Shown one piece after another: positions 1-8,316 of a stretch of DNA of 64,000 bases. Both the position numbers and the translations under genes were made by a program. Source of the stretch: Deltaproteobacteria bacterium (GTDB taxonomy: Bacteria > SAR324 > NAC60-12); contig JAYOTF010000008.1 in assembly GCA_038150265.1 (NCBI GenBank), positions 28,595 to 92,594 of the forward strand. The letters are read 5' to 3'. Positions within the stretch are counted from its first letter, which is position 1. Each line of letters starts with the position of its first letter. Under the pieces are notes generated by a model. The model worked only from the letters and a program-made list of their open reading frames with translations, searched no databases and was not told where the DNA came from.

Positions 1-1
1 C

Positions 2-82
2 CCGGTTCAGCCGGGAGATGTCCTGCAGGGCACAATTGACGGCCTGGACCCGCTGCAGTTCACGATCACGGATCCGGAGTAG
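2..82 (+). CDS. 3' end of a probable fumarylacetoacetate hydrolase family protein (partial, runs off window start)
   Basis: Frame 2 translates PVQPGDVLQGTIDGLDPLQFTITDPE*, resembling the FAA-hydrolase C-terminus. Not in the ORF track. Confidence 0.55.
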   Translation, partial: PVQPGDVLQGTIDGLDPLQFTITDPE

Positions 83-97
83 GCCCTGCGGCGGAGG

Positions 98-1141
98 TCA
101 CACGGAGGGACCCGCCTTGCCGGCTTCCACAAAGGCGAGGACGTTTTCGAAGGGAGAGCGTTCAAGCAGACCGTGGCTGAGGTTGAGGATGTGGTGGGTC
201 CCTCCGCCGGCTTTCAGGCAGGCCTGGACGGCTGCTCGGACCTGTTCGGGAGTGCCATCTGCCAGGATGGTGTTGTCCACATTGCCCTGAAAGACCATCT
301 CCGGCGCCTGCTGCTTCGCGGCCTCAAGGTCCACGCAGTGCCCCACGCTGAGCGCCTGGGCTCCGGATGCCAGCATCAGGTCGAGGTGTGGGCATTCCTT
401 GGCAAACAGCAGGGTCGGTCCCTGATCGGCAAGTGCCTGGAAGATGCGCTGGTGCGTCGGCAGGGCGAGGGCTTCATACAGCTCCCGAGGCAGCACATCG
501 GCAAATGACTCAAACAGCTGCACCGCCTGGGCTCCGGACTCCAGCTGATAGCGGAGGTAGTCGATGGTGAGGTCGGTGAGGGTGTCCAGGAGCGCCTGAG
601 TGACCTCCGGCTCCTCGACCAGGAAGCGCAACACGGCTCCGGGGTCGCGGTTGGGGCTTCCGCCGGCAATGAGGAAGAACGCCAGGGTAACGGGGGCACC
701 CGCAAATCCAAGCACCGGCAGGGCGCCGTCCAGCCGGTGGTGCAGGCCCTGAAGGATCGCGCCAACATGCGGGAGGTCCCGGGCCGAGTTCAGGGGCCGG
801 AGGGCTCGGACCTGCTCCAGCGTCCGGATGGGCGCCTCGAGCTGCGGACCCGGCCGGAAGTAAAAGGGCGCGCCGATGGGCGTCAGCGGGGTGAGGATGT
901 CCTGAAACATGATGATCGCATCAACCCCAAAACGCTGGGGCAGCAGCGAGATCTCAATGGAACGCTCGACATCGGCAAACAGCGCTTCAAGCGCCCGCCC
1001 ATCCTCTGCCCGCAGACGACGGTACTCCGGATCGGTGCGTCCGGCCTGACGCATCATCCAAACGGGCACCCGAGGAACCGGCTGGCGCTGGAGGACACGG
1101 AGGATCAGGTCATTTTTCAGAGGGGGCGGTTGAAAGGGCAT
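98..1141 (-). CDS. hemE: Uroporphyrinogen decarboxylase
   Basis: PVWMMRQAGR, DAIIMFQDIL, GFAGAP, QGNVD and ILNLSHG motifs. ATG at 1141 preferred to the ORF-track start at 1162. Confidence 0.9.
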   Translation of the reverse strand: MPFQPPPLKNDLILRVLQRQPVPRVPVWMMRQAGRTDPEYRRLRAEDGRALEALFADVERSIEISLLPQRFGVDAIIMFQDILTPLTPIGAPFYFRPGPQLEAPIRTLEQVRALRPLNSARDLPHVGAILQGLHHRLDGALPVLGFAGAPVTLAFFLIAGGSPNRDPGAVLRFLVEEPEVTQALLDTLTDLTIDYLRYQLESGAQAVQLFESFADVLPRELYEALALPTHQRIFQALADQGPTLLFAKECPHLDLMLASGAQALSVGHCVDLEAAKQQAPEMVFQGNVDNTILADGTPEQVRAAVQACLKAGGGTHHILNLSHGLLERSPFENVLAFVEAGKAGPSV

Positions 1142-1271
1142 GAGGGCTTCTTCTGGTTGCAAGGGGGCCGTGGCCAGTCCGGTAACTGGCAGCCGGCAGA
1201 GGGAATTTGACTGTTCACAGCGATTATCCTAAACCCATACGATCGACTTCAAAACCATTTTCTGAAGAGTT

Positions 1272-2171
1272 ATGCCGCCTGCCACCCCGAATTGCCTCCG
1301 CTGTCACGACTCCCACGTCTTTGTGCACACCGTCTCCGGCCAGCGTTACGCCCGGGCGCGTCTGTGTGACTGCACCCCCAAGCCGTGCCCCACCTGCGAG
1401 GGGTCCGGGTTTGTGCTGACGTACGATGAACAGGACCGGGAGACGGCGATGGCGTGTCCGGATTGCAGCCGCCTGAAGCGCCGCCTTGAGCTGTACAACG
1501 AGGCACGCATCCCGAAACGGTACCTGCACAGTCGCCTTGACCCGCAGGATCAGGATGGAGAAAACTCGGCGGCCTTCGGATTGCTGGAAGTGACGCTCCG
1601 GAACCTGCCCCACCACCTGCAGCAAACCGAATCGCAGCAGGTGGAGCGAGACCTCAAGGGGCTGGTGCTGATGGGGCCTCCCGGAACCGGAAAGACGCAC
1701 CTGATGGCCGGATTCACCTACCGCTGCACCGTGGAGCTGGGCATCTCCTGCGTGTTTCAGGGCTTCTCGGAACTGCTTCATGAACTCCGGCAGGGCTACA
1801 ACAACAACCAGTCCGACATGGAAATCATTGGCCCGCACCTGCAGGCGGATGTGCTGATCATTGACGACCTGGGGAAGGGCCGAAACAGCGACTGGGAGCT
1901 GAGCATCCTGGATACCCTCATCTCGGAGCGCTACAACCGGGACCGGATGATCATGATCACCACCAACTACACGGAGCATGAGGAAAGCACCCTGCACGAG
2001 CGCGTCCTCAAGCGCGAGCGCAACGAGCCGGCGGCTCAATTCATGGCCGATACGCTCCGGACGCGTGTGGGCGAGCGCATTTACTCACGTCTGCGGGAGA
2101 TGTGTTACTTCGAGGAGCTGCTGGGACGGGACCGCCGACAGGCTGCTGAAACCGAGTCGCTGAGCGTTTGA
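1272..2171 (+). CDS. DnaC/IstB-like AAA+ ATPase with Cys-rich N-terminal zinc-binding region
   Basis: Walker A GPPGTGKT, Walker B VLIIDDLG, ITTN, RIYSRLREMC. N-terminal CxxC/CxC/CxxC/CxxC. Confidence 0.8.
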   Translation: MPPATPNCLRCHDSHVFVHTVSGQRYARARLCDCTPKPCPTCEGSGFVLTYDEQDRETAMACPDCSRLKRRLELYNEARIPKRYLHSRLDPQDQDGENSAAFGLLEVTLRNLPHHLQQTESQQVERDLKGLVLMGPPGTGKTHLMAGFTYRCTVELGISCVFQGFSELLHELRQGYNNNQSDMEIIGPHLQADVLIIDDLGKGRNSDWELSILDTLISERYNRDRMIMITTNYTEHEESTLHERVLKRERNEPAAQFMADTLRTRVGERIYSRLREMCYFEELLGRDRRQAAETESLSV

Positions 2172-2172
2172 C

Positions 2173-2790
2173 ATGACCCTTGAAGCCTGGCTCACTTACC
2201 TGGCTGCCACCACGGTGCTGCTGGCGATCCCCGGACCCACCATTTTGCTGGTCATCAGCTACTCGCTCGTCCGGGGCCGGGCCGCCACGCTGCCGCTGAT
2301 CCTGGGCGTGACGCTGGGGGACCTGACCGCCATGACGGTCTCGTTTCTGGGGCTGGGGCTGCTGCTGCAAACGGCTGCAGTGCTGTTTCAGGGACTGAAG
2401 TGGATCGGGGCCGCTTACCTGGCCTACCTGGGCTTCCGGATGTGGCGGGAGCCGGTTGAGACGCTGGAAGACGCCGACGCCGAGGCCCTCCGGAAGTCTG
2501 GGCGAGAGATGCTCTGGCGCTCCTGGCTGACGACGGCGCTCAACCCCAAGGGCATCGTGTTCTTCCTGGCGTTTGTTCCGCAGTTCCTGGTTCCAGACCA
2601 GCCGTTTGTGCCTCAGGTCGTGGAACTGGGCGCCACCTTCCTCTTCCTCGCGGCTCTGAACGTGTTGGCCTACGCGCTCCTCGCCTCACGACTGAGCGGA
2701 TTCATCCGCCGTCCACAGACCCGGACCTGGCTGAACCGCGCCGGCGGAGGCCTGCTGCTCGGGGCAAGCGCCGCGACGGCCGCCACCTGA
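2173..2790 (+). CDS. LysE/RhtB family amino-acid exporter
   Basis: IPGP motif, LKWIGAAYLAYLG, LNPKGIVFF, hydrophobic 205 aa. Confidence 0.9.
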   Translation: MTLEAWLTYLAATTVLLAIPGPTILLVISYSLVRGRAATLPLILGVTLGDLTAMTVSFLGLGLLLQTAAVLFQGLKWIGAAYLAYLGFRMWREPVETLEDADAEALRKSGREMLWRSWLTTALNPKGIVFFLAFVPQFLVPDQPFVPQVVELGATFLFLAALNVLAYALLASRLSGFIRRPQTRTWLNRAGGGLLLGASAATAAT

Positions 2791-2805
2791 TTTCCCCAAA
2801 AAATT

Positions 2806-4347
2806 TTAACTGACGGGCCGGTCGAGGCTCCGGTACTGGATTGCTTCTGCAACATGGGTGGGGGTGACCCCGCCGCTGCCCTCGAGGTCGGCAATGGTCC
2901 GGGAGACCTTGAGGATGCGGTCATACGCCCGGGCGCTCAGGCCCATGCGAGAGATGGCATTTTCCAGCAGTCCCTGTGCCTGCGCATCAAGAGGCACGAG
3001 GTCCTCCAGCTCCCGCCGTGTCATGGCCGCATTGGAGCGGGTGGGCGAGTTCCGGAAGCGTTCCTGCTGGCGCTGGCGGGCGGCCACCACCCGCTCCCGG
3101 ATCTGTGCGCTGCTTTCACCGCGTCGCGTTTCAGCAAGGTGTGCGTACTCCACGGCTGGAACCGTTAGCTGCAGGTCAATGCGGTCCAGCAGAGGACCCG
3201 AAATGCGGGCCCGGTACTTCTGAACCTGTGGAAGCGGACACTGACAGTCGTGAGGACCGCTTCCGGGAGGGGTGCCGAAGTAGCCACAGGGGCATGGGTT
3301 CATTGAGGCCACCAGCATGAAGCTGCACGGAAATTCAAGCGTCATGGCGGCCCGGGCAATCGTGAGGCGCCGGTCTTCCAGAGGCTGCCGCAGCAACTCC
3401 AGAACCGTCCGAGGAAATTCCGGAAGCTCATCGAGAAAGAGGACCCCGTTGTGGGCCAGGGAGATCTCCCCCGGACCCGGAATGCTGCCTCCGCCCACCA
3501 GCCCTGCCTGCGAAATCGTGTGATGGGGACTCCGGAAGGGACGTTCGGCAAGGAGCGGCACCTCGGCCGGAAGCAATCCGGCAATGCTGTGAATCTTGGT
3601 GCACTCCAGTGCCTCGTCAAACTCCAGCGGAGGCAGGATGCTGCCCAGCCGTCGGGCGAGCATGGTCTTGCCAGAGCCCGGGGGGCCCAGCATCAACAGG
3701 TTGTGCCCTCCAGCGGCAGCGACTTCCATGGCCCGCTTGACGGCCTCCTGCCCCTTCACATCCTGAAGGTCCTCTGCTGAGGAGCGTTGATTCTGAAAGA
3801 GCGCCAGCGGGTCAATCGGTGACTCCGGAAAGTCGGCTTCTCCCCGGAAGAAGGCGAGCACATCAGCGAGCGACTGGACCGGAACCCGCCGCACTCCGGA
3901 AACCACGGCGGCTTCGGCTTCATTGGCCGCGGGCAGAATGAGCTGATGCAGCCCCGCTTTTTGAGCCGCCAGCGCAATGGGGAGGATGCCCCGGATGGGA
4001 CGCGTCTGGCCATCAAGCGCCAGCTCGCCGACCACCAGTGACTGCTGGAGCGCCTCTGGAGGAACCAACCCTGCTGCAGCCAGCAGCGCAACGGCAATGG
4101 GGAGGTCGAAGCCGGAGCCTATTTTTCGCAAATCTGCCGGAGCCAGGTTGACGACCATCTTCCGGACAGGAAGGGCGCAACCCGAGTTGCCGATTGCTGC
4201 AAGGATGCGGTCTCGGCTTTCCCGGATGGTGCCATCGGGCAGGCCGACGATGGTGAACTGACTGAGGCCAATCGAGAGGTCCGCCTCGACTTCAATGAGG
4301 TGGGCTTCAATGCCGAGCACCGTTGCCGAGTAGGCCTTGGCAATCAT
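2806..4347 (-). CDS. comM: YifB/ComM Mg-chelatase-like AAA+ ATPase
   Basis: IVGLPD, NLAPADLRK, GPPGSGKTM, PFRSPHHT, LAHNGVLFLDE, SGPLLDRID. Start at MIAKAYS (4347). Confidence 0.93.
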   Translation of the reverse strand: MIAKAYSATVLGIEAHLIEVEADLSIGLSQFTIVGLPDGTIRESRDRILAAIGNSGCALPVRKMVVNLAPADLRKIGSGFDLPIAVALLAAAGLVPPEALQQSLVVGELALDGQTRPIRGILPIALAAQKAGLHQLILPAANEAEAAVVSGVRRVPVQSLADVLAFFRGEADFPESPIDPLALFQNQRSSAEDLQDVKGQEAVKRAMEVAAAGGHNLLMLGPPGSGKTMLARRLGSILPPLEFDEALECTKIHSIAGLLPAEVPLLAERPFRSPHHTISQAGLVGGGSIPGPGEISLAHNGVLFLDELPEFPRTVLELLRQPLEDRRLTIARAAMTLEFPCSFMLVASMNPCPCGYFGTPPGSGPHDCQCPLPQVQKYRARISGPLLDRIDLQLTVPAVEYAHLAETRRGESSAQIRERVVAARQRQQERFRNSPTRSNAAMTRRELEDLVPLDAQAQGLLENAISRMGLSARAYDRILKVSRTIADLEGSGGVTPTHVAEAIQYRSLDRPVS

Positions 4348-4493
4348 GGAGACCGGAGGGGAGTGGGTTGAAAACAGTCCAGCGTGCAAACGCGGGTAAG
4401 TCGGCAACCCCCAGGCGGGAAGGGGTGGCAACCGGAAGAACCGGCTGCCGAAGCAATCAGGGGCTCAGAGACGGAAGGCTGAGCAGGAGCGGG

Positions 4494-7088
4494 TCAGCGA
4501 TACCGAATCGAAGGGTCCTCGTTGGAGTCCCTGGAGTCGTGGGTGTTGATGTTCTTGACCACCTGGTCGACAAATTCGGGAAGCACCTTGGCAATCGCCT
4601 TCTCCACGGAGCGGGCGATCATGTCTTCCACCAGGCGTTCAATCTGTCCGCGGGACATGGCCATGGCGCCCAGGGTTGCACTGGAGTCTTCAGGCTCCTG
4701 AGACACCGGTTCCGGCACCTCGGCAGCCACCGGCTCCGGAGCCTCGCCTTCTGTGTAGCGGGCGTGCTCCAGGAAGGCCTGCTCGGCTTCTTCCCAGCTG
4801 TCGAAGGTTTCCACGGGCGCAGACTCAAACTCGGGCGCAGGCTCTGCTTCCGGAAGCGCGTCAAGGGGCTCTTCATCCGAGTAGCGCTCGTATTCGAGGA
4901 AGGCCTGCTCCGCGTCTTCCCAGCTATCGAAGGTCTCCTCGGCAAGCAGCAGGTCCTCTTCTTCCCGAGGCTCGTCCCAGGATTCCGGACGCTGGTCAAG
5001 TTTCTCAAACTCCTCTTCGTCGAGGTAGCCATCGAGGGACTTGATCATGAACTCCCGGATGCCATCGCGAGCCTGATCCCACGATTCTGAAACCTCGTCC
5101 AGCTCGCTTTCGGGCTCAATGTCTTCGGCCAGTTCGCTCATGCCCCGGTCGAGGCGCTCAAGCTCCTGAAGGTCGGCATCGTCCAGCGGAAACTCCTCTT
5201 CCTCGAGGCCTTCCAGGTGAGCGGGTTCGAGCTCATCGAGCATCTCCTGCTCGTAGTTGCCAATGGACTCATGCAGGCCGGCTTCGATCTCTTCCATGGA
5301 CGAAATCTCCATGAGCTCTTCAGCCGAGGGGTGAGGTCCATCTGAAGGCAACTCGACTCCACCTTCAGCAAGGATGGTGTTGTCGAGGACGTTGTCTTCA
5401 ACAGTAGAGAGGGCAATCTCGACCAGCAGGGAGTCGCGCTCGTCCCCTTCTCCCACAGGCACTGGAGCAGGTGCGGCTGAACTCGCCGAAGCGACGGCGA
5501 CCGCAGGAGCCGCGTCTACAGAAGCCGGAGCGTCCAGGGCCGAGAGCTCCTCGGTTTCCCAATCGCCTCCGGATGTGTCGTAATTGGCCTCAGGCAACTC
5601 CTCTTCCGGGAAATCATCCAGGGACTCGCTGAGGGCGAAGTCATCTTCTGGCAGATCGTCGAGTCCGGATTCAGCGAGAGCAAAGTCATCTTCTGGCAGA
5701 TCGTCGAGTCCGGATTCAGCGAGAGCAAAGTCATCTTCTGGCAGATCGTCGAGTCCGGAGACCATTTCCTCATCGCTGGCGGTCAGCAGGATGCCGTCGC
5801 CGTGTTCCAGTTCGCTGGGAGACGCTTCCTTGAGTTCAAAGCCATCTTCAATGGTGAGAGCGTCTTCCTCGTCCAGCCGGATGTCGGTGACGTGGCGGCG
5901 TTCCTGATTGGGAACCGTGCCTCCGCTCCAGGGGTCTGGGGTGGCTTCCATGGGCTCGGATTCGAGGTCGATGTCGACCAGGCTTCCGGAAGAGTGCAGC
6001 GAGGCGGCCTGTCCGTTAATGGGTGCGGCGGCCGGTTCTGGTTCCAGCTCAATGGGTTCCTGTTCGGGAGAGTCCAACTCCATGGGCTCCAGCTCGAATT
6101 CGTCTTCGAACTCGTCATCAAAGCCCATGTGCTCCTGTGCGATCTGGTCTTCCATCTCGGCATTGAGGGTCCGGGAAGGTGCCGGAGCGCTGGGTTCTTC
6201 TTCCAGAGAGGCTGTTTCCAGAGGTTCCAGGGGCTCGTCTAGCGGCTCATCAAAGGGGTCTGGCAGGTCGTCCGGGAGGTCAGCAGCAGAGGACGTCTCC
6301 GATTCGGATTCGAGAATGAGGTCGTCGTCCAACTCCAGTTCGAGGTCAAACGCGTTCTCATCAAGGGCGAGCAACACATCATCATCTTCTACAAATCCAG
6401 AAGAGCCGCTGGTGTGTGTCTTGGCAGTCATGACGTCCTTCAATGCTTGTGAGTCCATGCGGGGAGGCCGCCTGTCGGGGGCAGGTTCTTGGCCAAAGAA
6501 ACTTTCTAGGGTGACCGCTGCCGATCGCAACGGGGGGAGTTCGGGCAGCGACGTGCTGCTTGCATCGTCGGTGATCTCGCTTGAAAAATCAACATCCGGC
6601 GTTTCGGTGACCTCCGGAGGGTCGTGCTGGATCAACTCGAGGAGTTCCGAGTCAAAGATCCGGGCCGAGTCCAGGAGCGCCGTCTGGGAAGGAGGCACCG
6701 CGGAGATGAGGGCCTGTGCGAGGGATTCCGAAAGGTGCTGACGGATCTGCTCATGAAGCAACCGGATCTCAAACGGCTTGCGGAGCTGACCAGCGATCCC
6801 CAGCTCATGGAGGGTCGCGTCATCAATGGTGTCGCGTCCGTTGAGCAGCAGCACCAGCGGCACCCGCTGCAACGAGTGGTCATGCCGCAGGGTCCGGCAG
6901 GTGCGGTAATTCCGGAGGCGGTCGCTGTTGCTCAGGAGGATCAGATCGGGATGAACCTGACGGGCCTGCTGAACAAATTTGTTGGGGTCCAGCTCCTGGT
7001 GGACCTTCAATAGTCCGTCGGGGAGGGTGGAGGCAATCATTCCCTGGATTGCCGCACTTTCTTCAAGGACAAGGATTGATTTCTGCAT
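4494..7088 (-). CDS. RomR-like protein: atypical receiver domain, very acidic disordered linker and C-terminal helix
   Basis: N-terminal REC fold (ILVLEES, PDLILLS, LRKPF), about 650 aa D/E/P-rich region, C-terminal SVEKAIAKVLPEFVDQVV. Confidence 0.6.
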   Translation of the reverse strand: MQKSILVLEESAAIQGMIASTLPDGLLKVHQELDPNKFVQQARQVHPDLILLSNSDRLRNYRTCRTLRHDHSLQRVPLVLLLNGRDTIDDATLHELGIAGQLRKPFEIRLLHEQIRQHLSESLAQALISAVPPSQTALLDSARIFDSELLELIQHDPPEVTETPDVDFSSEITDDASSTSLPELPPLRSAAVTLESFFGQEPAPDRRPPRMDSQALKDVMTAKTHTSGSSGFVEDDDVLLALDENAFDLELELDDDLILESESETSSAADLPDDLPDPFDEPLDEPLEPLETASLEEEPSAPAPSRTLNAEMEDQIAQEHMGFDDEFEDEFELEPMELDSPEQEPIELEPEPAAAPINGQAASLHSSGSLVDIDLESEPMEATPDPWSGGTVPNQERRHVTDIRLDEEDALTIEDGFELKEASPSELEHGDGILLTASDEEMVSGLDDLPEDDFALAESGLDDLPEDDFALAESGLDDLPEDDFALSESLDDFPEEELPEANYDTSGGDWETEELSALDAPASVDAAPAVAVASASSAAPAPVPVGEGDERDSLLVEIALSTVEDNVLDNTILAEGGVELPSDGPHPSAEELMEISSMEEIEAGLHESIGNYEQEMLDELEPAHLEGLEEEEFPLDDADLQELERLDRGMSELAEDIEPESELDEVSESWDQARDGIREFMIKSLDGYLDEEEFEKLDQRPESWDEPREEEDLLLAEETFDSWEDAEQAFLEYERYSDEEPLDALPEAEPAPEFESAPVETFDSWEEAEQAFLEHARYTEGEAPEPVAAEVPEPVSQEPEDSSATLGAMAMSRGQIERLVEDMIARSVEKAIAKVLPEFVDQVVKNINTHDSRDSNEDPSIRYR
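5638..5759. repeat. 45-bp tandem repeat, about 2.7 identical copies, inside the RomR-like gene
   Basis: Unit AAGTCATCTTCTGGCAGATCGTCGAGTCCGGATTCAGCGAGAGCA at 5638, 5683 and 5728 (partial). Encodes repeats of SGLDDLPEDDFALAE. Confidence 0.95.
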
Positions 7089-7263
7089 CCGTTCCTAACG
7101 TCTGAGCAAAGATTCGGCGTCTGCCTTACCCTCAGATGCAAGCGGGGGTCCACGCCTTGGCCTCCGTCTGGTTTCCGGCCCTCAAATCGCAATTGACTTT
7201 GAGTTTCTCAGAGGGTCGCTTACGCTGAGCTGTTTCCTGACTGGTCCCTGATTTTTGGTTGGC

Positions 7264-8316
7264 ATGCCCTGGTTGATCGCCCGTTACGTGGCCTCTGAAT
7301 TCCTTCGCTTCTTTCTGCTGCTGCTGGCGGCATTTGTGATGATGATTCTGGTGGGGAATGTCTTCAGCAACCTCTCTGACATCTTCACGAGCTGGGAGGC
7401 CTTTCTTCGCTTTTGGCAGGAGACGGCGTTGCAGCTGCCGCAGATTCTGGAGCTGGTGGTGCCAGTGACCGTGCTGCTGGCGACCATTGCGTGCTTTGGG
7501 GCCCTGAACAAGACCTCAGAAGTGGCCGCCATGAGCGCCTCCGGAATTGGAGGGTGGATCCTGGTTGGGCCGATTCTGCTGCTGACGCTGGTGATCGGAG
7601 GCATCAACTACAGCCTGCAGCACTACGCGACCCCGTGGATGATGCAGAACTGGACCCAGCAGGAAACCCAGAAGCGCCTGCCCTCGCTGTGGCGACTCGG
7701 AGGAGCCGACCAGCTCTACCACATTGGCGTCCGGACGCGCTCCAATGAGGTCCGGCGGGTGACGCTGTTTCGCTGGGAAACCGAACCCTACCGGCTGAAG
7801 GAACGGACGAACCTCGGGCGCGGGCGCCTGCAAGACCAGTACTGGCAGTTTTCGCGGGTGGAGCAGAGCTTCTTTGAAGGCGCCGGCATGCTGGTGCTGG
7901 AAAACAAGGAAACGGCATTGCCGCTGAATGAGTTCCCCTCAGTGAACCTGACGCAGTCCCGAGACCCCCACCACCTGCCGCTGGAGCAGGTTTATCAGGA
8001 AGCCATCCGGCTCAGCCGTGAGGGGCAAGACGTCTCGCGGTACTGGGTGGAGCTGCACCAGAAGTTTGCCTACATCGTGGCGTTGGTGGTGATGGTGCTC
8101 ATCGGCTTTGCCCTGTCGGCGTCTCACGACCGCCGTGGCACCACTGCAGAGTCCCTGGCCCTGAGCTGCTTGCTGGGGATTGTCTTCTGGATGCTCAACC
8201 AGATCTTCCTGGCGTTGGGCAGCACGGGCTACCTGGCCCCCTGGTTTGCAGCATGGGGCAGCAGCCTCATCTTCCTGACCCTGGCCACCGGGTTGCTGAT
8301 CAAGAACCGCCTATAG
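7264..8316 (+). CDS. lptG: LPS export ABC transporter permease LptG/LptF family
   Basis: LIARY start, SEVAAMSASGI motif, 3 TM + periplasmic domain + 3 TM, LAPWFAAW. Confidence 0.8.
   Translation: MPWLIARYVASEFLRFFLLLLAAFVMMILVGNVFSNLSDIFTSWEAFLRFWQETALQLPQILELVVPVTVLLATIACFGALNKTSEVAAMSASGIGGWILVGPILLLTLVIGGINYSLQHYATPWMMQNWTQQETQKRLPSLWRLGGADQLYHIGVRTRSNEVRRVTLFRWETEPYRLKERTNLGRGRLQDQYWQFSRVEQSFFEGAGMLVLENKETALPLNEFPSVNLTQSRDPHHLPLEQVYQEAIRLSREGQDVSRYWVELHQKFAYIVALVVMVLIGFALSASHDRRGTTAESLALSCLLGIVFWMLNQIFLALGSTGYLAPWFAAWGSSLIFLTLATGLLIKNRL

Noticed and set aside
1272..2171. IS21 element suggested by the IstB-like ATPase
   Set aside because: No IstA transposase, terminal inverted repeats or target duplication seen.
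5638..5759. Possible CRISPR-like array
   Set aside because: The repeats are directly tandem with no spacers, in frame within a CDS, and there are no cas genes.
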